A stretch of 64,000 nt of DNA from Spirochaetia bacterium (GTDB lineage: Bacteria > Spirochaetota > Spirochaetia > SZUA-6 > Bin103). Position 1 is the first letter of the stretch. Each line of letters begins with the position of its first letter. The stretch covers positions 2,240,001 to 2,304,000 of the forward strand of contig OZ241863.1 in NCBI GenBank assembly GCA_965203055.1, given 5' to 3'. Below are positions 29,606-41,622 of the stretch, piece after piece. A model generated the notes under the pieces. That model worked only from the letters and a program-made list of their open reading frames with translations. It did no database searches and had not been told where the DNA came from. A program made the translations under genes and the position numbers.

Positions 29606-29867
29606 GTTATTCGGGCCGGAATATGCCACCTGCTGGCGTGACTCGGCGGGGCATTTCCAAGCGGCTAGCCGTTCCGTCAGATGCTACTGGAAGCGGTGGT
29701 ATATCTTGGTCATCCTCCTCGTTGTTGTTTCACCATGAGCGCGGCGCGGTACTCGTAGTACGCCTTTCCGGCAGCTTCGAGGGCGGAATCGGTACCAATT
29801 CACGGCAAGGGGGCGCACTTCCAATTTGTTGCCAACCTGAGTAACTTTACTCACAAGGTTAATCACG

Positions 29868-31132
29868 ATGGCAGGCATCTTCGAACGCCGTCAGGTAGAC
29901 ACGCTCTGCCGGCGACTCGCCGAACCTCCGAACCGGATCATCGCCCTGTTCGGACCGCGGCGGACGGGCAAGACGACCATTGCGCAGCAGGCGCTGCGCC
30001 GAATCGACCGCCACAGCCGCTACTTGGCGATCGATGAGCCGGACTCCGCCGCAGTCCGCCCGCCGTTCGACACGGCGGACCCGCTGGTCCCGGTATCGCA
30101 CGAGCGGAACGCGCCGTGGCTGGTGCGCAACTGGGAAGCAGCGCGCCTCGAGGCGGAACGGCGGAACGGCTTCGTGCTGGTGCTGGACGAAATTCAGAAG
30201 ATTCCTCAGTGGTCCGCAACGGTCAAGGGATTGTGGGATGCCGACCGTGCCAGAGGCTGCCCGTTGCACGTCGTGATCATCTGTTCCGCGCCGCTGCTGA
30301 TGCAGTCGGGATTGAGCGAGAGCCTGGCCGGCCGCTTCGAGCCGATTCGCGTTACCCATTGGTCGTTCGCGGAAATGGCGGCCGCGTTCGACTTCGACCT
30401 GCAGGACTACCTGTACTACGGCGGCTACCCGGAAGCCGCCGGGCTGATCGGCGACGAGGAGCGCTGGCGCGACTACGTGCTCGGAGCGGTCGTGGAGCCG
30501 AACATCGAGCGCGACATCCTCGCGTTGACGCGGGTCGACAAGCCGGCGCTCCTGAAGCGGCTCTTCGAGTTGGGCGCCGCCTGGTCCGGGCAGATCCTGG
30601 CGTTCAACAAGATGCTCGGCCAACTCGACGACGCCGGCAACACGACCACGCTGGCGCGTACCTCGACCTGCTGGCCGCGGCCGGGCTGGTCGCCGGCCTG
30701 CCGAAATACGTCGGCACCGCGGCCGGGCGCCGCGCCTCCAGTCCCAAGCTCAACGTGCTCAACACCGCCCTGATGACCGCCGGCTCCGGCTACTCCTTCG
30801 ACGAAGCCGCGGCAGACCGGACCTTCCGGGGACGGATCGTCGAGAGCGCGGTTGGCGCCCACCTGTACAACACCGCGGCGTCCAACGTGCGCCTGCACTA
30901 TTGGCGGCACGGTTCGGACGAGGTCGACTTCGTCCTGCAGCGCGGCCCGACACTGGTCGCCATCGAGGTCAAGAGCCACGCCCGGCGCGGCGGTATGGCC
31001 GTTACGCCGGCCGGCATGAAGGCGTTCGAACAGCGGTATCGCCCGCGCCGCTCCCTGCTTGTCGGAGGGGACGGCATACCGCTGGAAGAGTTCCTGACGC
31101 AACCCGCCGGCCATTGGTTCGAAGAAGCATGA
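29868..31132 (+). pseudogene. AAA_14 + DUF4143 ATPase, frameshift at about 30657
   Basis: GPRRTGKTT, VLDEIQK, YGGYP; GNTTTLAR continues as YLDLL...EVDFVL...AIEVKS in another frame. Confidence 0.85.
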
Positions 31133-32460
31133 GCCGAATCGTCCCGCGCACCTGCACCGATCTCCGGGCCGCGAACGCTTCCGCGGATGCGTCACTCAGT
31201 CCGGCCGATGCCGGTCAGCCCCTGGAGCGCTTCCGTTCCACCCCCGCCTACGTGTTGCTGGGCGACCCCGGCGCCGGCAAGACCACCGCCTTCAAGTGCG
31301 AACGCGCGGCTCTGGGCGACGAGGCCTGTTACGTAACGGCACGCGACTTCCTGACCTTCGCACCGGCCGACCATCCCGAATGGCGCGACAAGACGCTGTT
31401 CATCGACGGCCTGGACGAAAGCCGCGCCGGAACGCAGGACAAGCGCACGCCGTTCGACCATATCCGCGGGCGGCTCGACCAACTGGGAAAACCGCGCTTC
31501 CGCTTGTCCTGCCGCACGGCCGATTGGCTGGGCACGAACGACCGCCGGCATCTTGCTTCCGTCACGCCGCAAGGCTCGGAGGTAACCGTCCTGCGGCTCG
31601 ACCCGTTGACGGACGCCGATGCCAAGACCGTGCTGGCCGAGCGGTCGGACATCACCGACCCCGATACGTTCATCAGCGATGCCAGAGCGCGCGGTCTCGA
31701 TGGACTGCTGAGCAATCCGCAGAGCCTGGGCCTGCTGGCGAAGGTAGTCGCGCAGAACGGGACTTGGCCGCAGAGCCGGCGGCAGACCTTCGAGGAGGCG
31801 TGCCGGCAGTTGGCGGCCGAGCACAACGAGGAACACCGGGCCGCCGGGCAGCCGCCCGAGGTGGAGGCTGCGCTGGACGCCGCCGGGCGTCTGTGCGCGA
31901 TGCTCCTCATCACCGGCAGCGCCGGCTTCACGACCGACCAGGATCACCCGGACGGCGACTATCTGGACATCGACCAGTGCGCGCATGACTCGTGCGCCGC
32001 CCACGATCCGTACAACCGGAACGCGCTGCTGCCGGCGCTGTCCACGAAGCTGTTCACAGCCGGGACCGAGCGGCGGTTCATCCCGGTGCACCGCCACTTG
32101 GCCGAGTTCCTTGGCGCCCGCCACTTGGCGCGGCTCATCGCCGACGGCCTCCCTGCGCGGCGTGTCCTGGCGCTGATAACCGGCGAGGATGGCGGCGTGG
32201 TGACGCTGCTTCGCGGACTGGCCGCGTGGCTGGCGGCGCTCTGCAAGGACGCTCGGCGGGACCTCGTCGAGCGCGACCCGATCGGCGTCCTCCTGTACGG
32301 CGACGTTCACGACTTCACTATCGATGAGAAGCGCACACTCCTGTCGCGTACGGGCCTGCTAAAGGAACTGAAGTTCACCGGTGAGAAGCGCATGCTCCTG
32401 TTGCGATCGAGTAAGGATCTGCTAATGGGACTGCAAGCCGGCCCCGCTACCGACAAACTG
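31129..32460 (+). pseudogene. NACHT/STAND-like NTPase truncated by ISL3
   Basis: ATGA-coupled to the upstream gene; LLGDPGAGKTT, LFIDGLDE, LSCR, NP, HRHLAEFLGA; frame runs into the IS end. Confidence 0.8.
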
Positions 32461-33792
32461 GGGTCTTCAGGATTTCGTGTGGACGAGGTGGTCACGGACG
32501 ACACCGGCGGGGTAGAGGTCAAGGCCGCCGAGGTGAAAGTAGATGGCGTTGCGGAACCTCTGCCGGTTGCGAAAGCCGTGCGCTGCGTACTTCAACCGCT
32601 GCACCCCCGCGTTGATCGACTCCGCCCGCGCGTTGCTCACCCTCTGCACCACCGCCGTCACGATCCCTTCCAGATGCCGCTTGACCATCCGCGCTACCCG
32701 CTTGACCGGCTCCAGCCGACACCGGATCGCCGACTGGTACCACCTCTGCCACGCCTCGCGCGCCCACCCGCGGGTGCGATAGCTCCACAGCGTCATCGCA
32801 TGTTCCTTGTAGCTCCAGGCGCGCGCGGTCTGCAGCGCGCTGTCGCGCAAGGCAGCGAACCGCTCCCAACGCTCGGCGTCCATGTGTTCGGGGTTGGTCA
32901 GCCACGCATAGCGGCTGCCCTTCAGCCGATCGTCACCGCTGCCGGCCAGCCGGCGGCTCTCGGCTCGCCGCACCTGGTCAACGGCGTCGCCGAGGTGCTT
33001 GGCGACGTGGAACTTGTCGAACGCGATCTTGAGCTGCGCCTCCGGCACGTAGGCGGCGGTCGCGCTGATGTACGGCTCCCACATGTCCTGGCGACCGTCT
33101 CGACCCCAGCCAACTGCTCATCGTCAAACTGCTGGTAGAACTGCTCCAACACCTCCTTGCGGCGGCCATCGGCCACGTGCACGACGTGCCCGTCCAGATC
33201 GTTGATCACCGTCACGTACTCATGGCGCTTCTGAAACGACGTCTCGTCCACCCCGATCCGCGGCGGCAACTGCACCGCACGCCGGCGTAAGCCGCGTTGC
33301 ACCGCGCGCTGCATCACCCCGTCGACTTCGTCCCAGCTGAGCCGCATCTGCTGCGCTACTGCCGCGATCGTGGCGTGCTGCAGCCAGTCGATCACGACCG
33401 CTTCACACAGCGCTGTCAGCCGCGAGCGGCCTTCGCTCCACGGCACCTCGATCTGCTTGACGCCGTGCTGCCGGCACTGAGACCGCGGTACGTCGGCGGC
33501 CAGCACCGTGCGGTACTGGCAGGTGTCCAGATGGCGCCACCGCCGGTGCCGGCTGTCGTAGCGGCGCGCGGCTTGGCCGCAGTGCGGGCAGGTGAGAGGC
33601 CCGTCGTGCTCGACGTGGACCACGATCTCGCCCTCCTGAAGGTTCAGTTCGACGTCGGCCACTCGCCACGGCGCCTCGACGCCCAGAATCCTGCCGTACA
33701 GTTCCTTGTCACGCATGGCGCCAACGTAGCCTTGCTCGCGGCGGCACCGCTACCCGTCAGGCCCCTTTACCCACACGAAACCCCGAAGCCCC
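32461..33792 (-). mobile_element. ISL3-family insertion sequence (1332 bp)
   Basis: 22-bp terminal IRs gggtcttcaggatttcgtgtgg / ccacacgaaaccccgaagcccc (19/22 match) enclosing the transposase. Confidence 0.9.
32467..33716 (-). pseudogene. ISL3 transposase, frameshift at about 33088
   Basis: CPHCG zinc finger, IGVDETSF, DMWEPY, FDKFHV, SNARAESIN, GFRN; one base missing in the expected VAMDMW. Confidence 0.88.
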
Positions 33793-33911
33793 GAAAAGGA
33801 TACTTGTCACGGACCGGCTGCCCTCCGCGCGCAAACTGCAAGCGAGGCCCCTCCTGCAGGACTGCGCAGCGGACGGACTCCAAACGCCGGTGCTACAGGG
33901 AGGTCTCTACC

Positions 33912-35915
33912 ATGACATATCGATCCCTATGGGCTGCGCGCTTCGCTCCCGTAGCGGCGCTGATGATGTTGGCGGTTACTCCGCTTGCCGTCGCCGGCGG
34001 CGAGGAGGAGCAGAGCGCGGCCGAGGGCGCGGCCGAGATGAGCATGGAGGCCGCCGACTTCGGTGGCCGTGAACAGGAACCGAGCGCCAGGGCGGCCGGC
34101 GTCACCTCGTTTGCCGAGGCGCCCATGCTGGCGGCGCGGGTAGCTGCCGGCGAGCTGCCGGCGCTCGAAGAGCGCCTGCCGGCGGACCCGGCGGTGGTGT
34201 TTCCGGTTCACAGCGTCGGCGTCTACGGCGGCGAGCTGCGCCGCATGGACATCGGCGGGCGCGATCAGATGCTGAACCACGAGCCCCTCACCCGCTGGAG
34301 CCGCAACTTCGTCGACGTACTGCCGAATCTGGTGGACAGTTGGGAGTTCAGCGCCGACGGCACGGTCCTGACCTACCACTACAAGCCGGGGGTCAAGTGG
34401 TCCGACGGCGCGCCTCACACCGTCGACGACTTCCTGTTCTACTGGAATGACATCGTGCTGTCCGACGACATCGGCCGCGCGCCGGAGGCGTTCATGCGCT
34501 TCGGCGGCGAGTTGATGGAGGTAGACAAGATCGACGACTACACGCTGCAGTTCACGTTCGCGGCGCCCAACCCGCTCTTCAACCGCTTCATGAACCGCGG
34601 CTTCTACCACTCGGCGCGGTTCAACGTGCCGGCGCACTACATGAAGCAGTTCCATCCGGCGTACACCGAAGGCGCCTCCGGCAACGACCTGATCGACCGC
34701 ATGAACGAGCCGTTCAAGTTCACCGACATGCCGCAGCTCACGGCCTGGATCTCGGTCGACTACCAACCGGACCAGGTGCTGGTCTCGGAGCGCAACCCCT
34801 ACTACTGGAAGGTCGATCCGCAGGGCCAGCAGCTCCCGTACGTCGACCGGCTGATCACCAACGAGATCCCGCCGGACCAGCCGGAGATCCGCCTCTTGAA
34901 GGTGATCAACGGCGAGGTGGACCTCGGGCTGCGGCCCTGGTTCGGCAACGTCGACGACATCCCCGTGGTGATCGAAAATGCCGAGAAAGCCGGCTACACG
35001 GTGTACCGCTACTCGGTCGGGACGGTCGCTTCCGGCGGTCTGGTCATTCCCAAGTTCGAGCATCCCGATCCCAAGGTGAGCGCGTTGATGTTCGACCGCA
35101 ACTTCCGGCAGGCGCTGTCGCACGCCATCAACCGCGACCGCATTCTGCAGGTAATCTTCAAGGGTTTCGGCAAGCCGCGCCAGTTCTCCCTGCCCGGCAT
35201 CGGCCCGCAGTTTCAGACCCCCGAGGGCGAGGCATTCATCGAGGAGTGGGGGCAGTCGTACATCGAGTACGACCCGGAGCTGGCCAAGCGGTTGCTGGAC
35301 GAAGCGGGAATCACGGACCGCGACGGCGACGGCTGGCGCGAATATCCCGATGGCAGCGAGCTGGACATTCTGGTGGACGCGGCGATTACCACCGCGACGA
35401 CGGCCGAACTGGTGGAGCAGGATTGGGAGGCCGTCGGCCTCAAGATCAGCCTCAACGTAGTGGCCGGCGAGCTGTGGGCGCAGCGCGCGCTGAACGCGGA
35501 AGCGATGATCAGCCTGCGCGGCGGCGGCGCCTCCTCCGGCATGGTGGTGGCCAACGCCCACTGGGTGCCGACCCAATATGCATCCTGGGCGCTCGCGCCG
35601 CAGGTAGGATTGTGGTACGCCACCGGCGGCGAACAGGGCTTCGATCCGCGCGGCACCTTCCTGGAGGAACTGTACGAACTGTACGCCAAGGCGATCAGCA
35701 CGGTGGACGAGGATGAGCGCAATCGGCTGGGGCTGGAAGCCGCCCGGCTGCACGTCACCGAGGGTCCGATTCAGATCAGCATGATCGACAACATCCCGGC
35801 GGCGGCGATTGCCCGCAAGGACGTGCGCAACATCCAGGAATTCGCGCTGGTCGGCTCCTGGCATCTGAACTATCCGGGGATCATCAGCCCGGAGCAGTTC
35901 TATATCGAGCAATAA
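33912..35915 (+). CDS. ABC transporter substrate-binding protein, family 5
   Basis: Signal peptide, EAPMLAARVAAGELPALEERLP, KWSDGAP, RNPYYWKVD, FRQALSHAINR; RBS GGAGG before ATG 33912. Confidence 0.92.
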   Translation: MTYRSLWAARFAPVAALMMLAVTPLAVAGGEEEQSAAEGAAEMSMEAADFGGREQEPSARAAGVTSFAEAPMLAARVAAGELPALEERLPADPAVVFPVHSVGVYGGELRRMDIGGRDQMLNHEPLTRWSRNFVDVLPNLVDSWEFSADGTVLTYHYKPGVKWSDGAPHTVDDFLFYWNDIVLSDDIGRAPEAFMRFGGELMEVDKIDDYTLQFTFAAPNPLFNRFMNRGFYHSARFNVPAHYMKQFHPAYTEGASGNDLIDRMNEPFKFTDMPQLTAWISVDYQPDQVLVSERNPYYWKVDPQGQQLPYVDRLITNEIPPDQPEIRLLKVINGEVDLGLRPWFGNVDDIPVVIENAEKAGYTVYRYSVGTVASGGLVIPKFEHPDPKVSALMFDRNFRQALSHAINRDRILQVIFKGFGKPRQFSLPGIGPQFQTPEGEAFIEEWGQSYIEYDPELAKRLLDEAGITDRDGDGWREYPDGSELDILVDAAITTATTAELVEQDWEAVGLKISLNVVAGELWAQRALNAEAMISLRGGGASSGMVVANAHWVPTQYASWALAPQVGLWYATGGEQGFDPRGTFLEELYELYAKAISTVDEDERNRLGLEAARLHVTEGPIQISMIDNIPAAAIARKDVRNIQEFALVGSWHLNYPGIISPEQFYIEQ

Positions 35916-35957
35916 GCTCGATCAGGGAAACGGCAGCGCCCGCGCGCAACCGCGGGC

Positions 35958-35997
35958 GGGCTTGAGCGGGTGGCCGCGGTGGCGCCCGCTCAAGCCC
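35958..35997. repeat. 13-bp-stem hairpin between SBP and permease genes
   Basis: gggcttgagcggg ... cccgctcaagccc. Confidence 0.8.
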
Positions 35998-36007
35998 TCG
36001 TTTGCTC

Positions 36008-36994
36008 ATGACGCATTACATCATCCGCCGTGCGCTGCACGCCATACCGCTGCTGATGATGGTATCGGTAGTCGGTTTCATCCTCATCAACCTGCCGCCG
36101 GGAGACTATCTGAACACCTACCTCATCCGGCTGCAGAGCGAAGGGACGACCGCGGCGCAGGAAATGATATCCGGCCTGAAGCAGCGCTTCGGCCTCGACC
36201 GCCCGCTGCATCAGCAGTATCTGATGTGGATCAGCAACTTCCTGCAGGGGGACATGGGCGAGTCGTTCCAGCAGCGCCGGCCGGTGCTGGACATCGTGCG
36301 CGACCGCCTGCCGGTGACCCTGCTGCTCACCGTTACCACGCTGATCTTCACCTGGGTGGTGGCGATTCCCATTGGCATCTACTCGGCGACTCACCAGTAC
36401 ACCTGGCAGGACAATCTGTTCACCGTGCTCGGCTTCTTTGGACTGGCGGTACCCAACTTCCTGTTCGCGCTGGTGCTGCTGGTCGGCGGGTTCACTCTGT
36501 TCGGGCGGGCGCCGCTGGGGCTGTTCTCGCCGGAGTTTCAGGACGCCCCATGGAGCCTGGCGCGGCTGATCGACATGTTGAAGCACATCTGGATCCCGGT
36601 GCTGGTGATCGGCACCTCCGGGACGGCGGGACTGATCCGGGTGATGCGTGGGAACCTGCTCGACGTGCTGGAGCAGCAGTACGTGCAGACGGCGCGTTCC
36701 AAGGGACTCACCGAACGGGTGGTGGTGTACAAGCATGCGGCGCGCAACGCGCTGCATCCGCTGGTCATGCAACTCGGCATGCAGCTACCGGAAATCTTCT
36801 CCGGGGCCGCGATCACCAGCGTGGTGCTCAACCTGCCGACCCTCGGCGAGGCCTACCTGATCGCGGTCCAGTCGCAGGACATGTTCCTGGCCGGTTCCTT
36901 TCTGTTGATCATCACCGCCCTGCTGATCATCGGCAACATCGTGGCTGACGTGCTGCTTGCGATTCTCGACCCGCGCGTCAGCTACGACGAATGA
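36008..36994 (+). CDS. ABC permease (OppB/DppB-like)
   Basis: LPPGDY, FGLDRP, YVQTARSKGL, DVLLAILDPRV. Confidence 0.93.
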   Translation: MTHYIIRRALHAIPLLMMVSVVGFILINLPPGDYLNTYLIRLQSEGTTAAQEMISGLKQRFGLDRPLHQQYLMWISNFLQGDMGESFQQRRPVLDIVRDRLPVTLLLTVTTLIFTWVVAIPIGIYSATHQYTWQDNLFTVLGFFGLAVPNFLFALVLLVGGFTLFGRAPLGLFSPEFQDAPWSLARLIDMLKHIWIPVLVIGTSGTAGLIRVMRGNLLDVLEQQYVQTARSKGLTERVVVYKHAARNALHPLVMQLGMQLPEIFSGAAITSVVLNLPTLGEAYLIAVQSQDMFLAGSFLLIITALLIIGNIVADVLLAILDPRVSYDE

Positions 36995-38151
36995 CCGGAG
37001 GCATGCCGATGGCGTCCGAAACCTCGAACCAGACCGCGGCGGCCGCCGCCGGCAAGGCTCCGCCGGCGGCGCCGGCCGGGGTCTCGCAGTGGCAGCTCAT
37101 CGCCCGCAAGTTCTTCCGCAACCGCCTGGCGATCGTCGGCATGGTGCTGGTGGGGGTGATGTACTTCATCGCCCTGTTCGCGGAGGTGCTGTCGCCCTAC
37201 TACGTCAACACCATCCACGATCAGTACGTGCAGGCGCCGCCGCAGCTTCCGCGGTTCGTCGACCTCGGCGGGCGCGTCCATCTGCGGCCGTTCGTGTACG
37301 GCCTGGAAAAGAAGCAGGACCTGGCCGCGTTCCGCATCTACTACGAACCCGATCCGGAGCGGATCTATCCGCTGCGGCTGTTCGCGCGCGGCGACCGCTA
37401 CCGGTGGTGGGGCCTGTTCGAAAGCGACCTCCATCTGCTGGGCGTAGACCAGCCGGGCGTGTGGTTTCCGCTGGGAACCGACAACACCGGCAAGGACCTG
37501 CTGTCGCGCATCTTCTACGGCGCCCGCGTGTCGCTGACGGTCGGCCTGCTCGGGGTGCTGTTCAGCATCATGCTGGGGACGCTGCTCGGGATCGTGTCCG
37601 GCTATTTCGGCGGCCTGACAGACAATCTGATCCAACGCTTCATCAAGCTGATGCTGGCGTTTCCGCGCATTCCCCTGTGGATGGCGCTGGCCGCGGCGCT
37701 GCCGCCGCGCTGGCACCCGCTCATGGTGTACTTCGGCATCACCATCGTGCTGTCGCTGGCGAGTTGGGGCGGACTGGCGCGCCAGTTGCGAGCCAAGACC
37801 CTGGCGTTGCGCCGGCAGGAGTTCGTGCTCGCGGCGCGCGCCAGCGGCGTCTCGACGCTGCCCATCATCGTCCGGCATCTGATGCCCGACACGCTGAGCC
37901 ACATCATCGTCATCGGCACGCTGTCGATTCCGTTCATGATTCTCGGCGAGACCGCGCTGAGCTTCCTGGGGCTGGGCATCAGGCCGCCGATGACCAGTTG
38001 GGGCGTGCTGTTGAACCAGGCGCAACGGGTCAACGTCCTGCTGCACGCGCCGTGGCTGGCCATACCCGTGTTCTTCGTGATCATCGCGGTGCTGGCGTTC
38101 AACTTCCTGGGCGACGGGCTGCGCGACGCGGCCGACCCCTACTCCCTGTGA
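36991..38151 (+). CDS. ABC permease (OppC/DppC-like)
   Basis: LGTDNTGKDLLSRI, ETALSFLGLG, FNFLGDGLRDAADP. Confidence 0.93.
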   Translation: MTGGMPMASETSNQTAAAAAGKAPPAAPAGVSQWQLIARKFFRNRLAIVGMVLVGVMYFIALFAEVLSPYYVNTIHDQYVQAPPQLPRFVDLGGRVHLRPFVYGLEKKQDLAAFRIYYEPDPERIYPLRLFARGDRYRWWGLFESDLHLLGVDQPGVWFPLGTDNTGKDLLSRIFYGARVSLTVGLLGVLFSIMLGTLLGIVSGYFGGLTDNLIQRFIKLMLAFPRIPLWMALAAALPPRWHPLMVYFGITIVLSLASWGGLARQLRAKTLALRRQEFVLAARASGVSTLPIIVRHLMPDTLSHIIVIGTLSIPFMILGETALSFLGLGIRPPMTSWGVLLNQAQRVNVLLHAPWLAIPVFFVIIAVLAFNFLGDGLRDAADPYSL

Positions 38152-38160
38152 GGCGCTGAA

Positions 38161-40266
<2,106 letters not shown>

Positions 40267-40387
40267 TTCGTGCAGGTGGGCCGGCCAAGCGCGCGCGCAC
40301 CCACCCAAACCCGCCAACCCGCCCGACACGGGTGTTGTCAGCGGTCTCGCCTTCGTCCTAACGTAGCCGGAGGAGGAGCACAACACT

Positions 40388-40924
40388 ATGGCAGATGACA
40401 AGCTGCGCAAGATTCCGGTCATGGAGACCGACTCGCCCCAGTTCGCCAAGGTGGCGCGCAAGGTGTCCTGGCCGCAGCGGGACAGCGACCGGCCGTCGCA
40501 GTTCTGGCCGGCGATGAGCGGCTTCAACATCGGCGCCGGATCGGACGTCGACATCTCCTACCTGGAGTCGACCAGGACCGAGCCGTCCAACGGATTCGAC
40601 CGCCACCTGAACACCGAGGAGCTGTTCGTGTGCCTGGAAGGCGAGTACCTGATGCCGATGGCGCCGTGCCGCCGGTCCGATGATCCCGACGATGAACCGC
40701 AGGTCGAGGACCTGATCGCGTTCCGCGTCCGGGCCGGCGACGCCTACGTGCTGAAGCCCAACGTCTGGCACAACGGCGGCTGGCCCACCGGCAGCGCCGG
40801 CAAGATGCGCTACATCATGGTGCTGTCCGGCCACCGCGCCGGCGAGGGCCATCAGGGCCGGGTCGATCACATCATGAAGACGCTGCCCGGCGGCCGGCAG
40901 GTCATCCCGGAGCGGCTCGTCTAG
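40388..40924 (+). CDS. Ureidoglycolate-lyase-like cupin protein
   Basis: DRHLNTEELF...YVLKPNVWH pattern; strong RBS GGAGGAGG. Confidence 0.7.
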   Translation: MADDKLRKIPVMETDSPQFAKVARKVSWPQRDSDRPSQFWPAMSGFNIGAGSDVDISYLESTRTEPSNGFDRHLNTEELFVCLEGEYLMPMAPCRRSDDPDDEPQVEDLIAFRVRAGDAYVLKPNVWHNGGWPTGSAGKMRYIMVLSGHRAGEGHQGRVDHIMKTLPGGRQVIPERLV

Positions 40925-40935
40925 GGCGGTTCGGC

Positions 40936-41613
40936 ATGGCCACGAATCTCCCCGACACCGGCAACCTCAAGGCCGCGGTGATCGTCGGCGGACACGGCTA
41001 CGACGTGCCCGGCTTCAAGGCGCTGCTCGACGGGCTGGACGGCGTGGACTGGTATCTGCAGGACCTCGACAACTGGGCCGGATCCCCGGTTGCCGACCAG
41101 TACGACCTATTCATCTTCTACCACATGGTGGCCTGGGGCATCGCGAGCCTGCGCCGGGACATGGACGAGCGGATCGGCGCCGCGATCGAACGGATCGGGA
41201 CGACCGGCCAGGGGTGGTTCGTGTGGCATCACGCGCTGCTGTCGTTTCCCGACGACCCGGCCTACGACCGGGTGTGCAACTCCACCGACCGTACCTTGAA
41301 GAAGCCGGGGCGCTTCGAGCCGCTCATCGACATGAACGTCCACGTGGAGCATCCCGAGCATCCGGTCACCCGCGGGGTCTCGGACTTCGCCCTCTCCGGC
41401 GAGGGCTTCGCGCTGCCGCCCTGCGGCGCGGACAGCACCGTCCTGCTGACCCACGACCACGACCGCAACATCCCCACTCTGGCATGGTGCCACGAACTGC
41501 GGCGCTCGCGCGTACTGTGCTGGCAATCGGGCCACGACGCCGGCGAGTGGACCAACCCCGCCTTCCGGCAAATCTTCCAGCAAGGAATCGAGTGGCTCGC
41601 CCGCCGCCGGTAG
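40936..41613 (+). CDS. ThuA-like domain protein
   Basis: VGGHGYD, GWFVWHH, HPVTRGVSDF, RVLCWQSGHD. Confidence 0.8.
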   Translation: MATNLPDTGNLKAAVIVGGHGYDVPGFKALLDGLDGVDWYLQDLDNWAGSPVADQYDLFIFYHMVAWGIASLRRDMDERIGAAIERIGTTGQGWFVWHHALLSFPDDPAYDRVCNSTDRTLKKPGRFEPLIDMNVHVEHPEHPVTRGVSDFALSGEGFALPPCGADSTVLLTHDHDRNIPTLAWCHELRRSRVLCWQSGHDAGEWTNPAFRQIFQQGIEWLARRR

Positions 41614-41622
41614 CATCGTTCC

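Noticed and set aside
33080..33095. Programmed frameshift in the transposase
   Set aside because: No slippery sequence; ISL3 transposases are single ORFs; it looks like a lost T in an ATG codon
30901..33138. 745-aa ORF as an intact protein
   Set aside because: Its C-terminal third is antisense read-through into the ISL3 element
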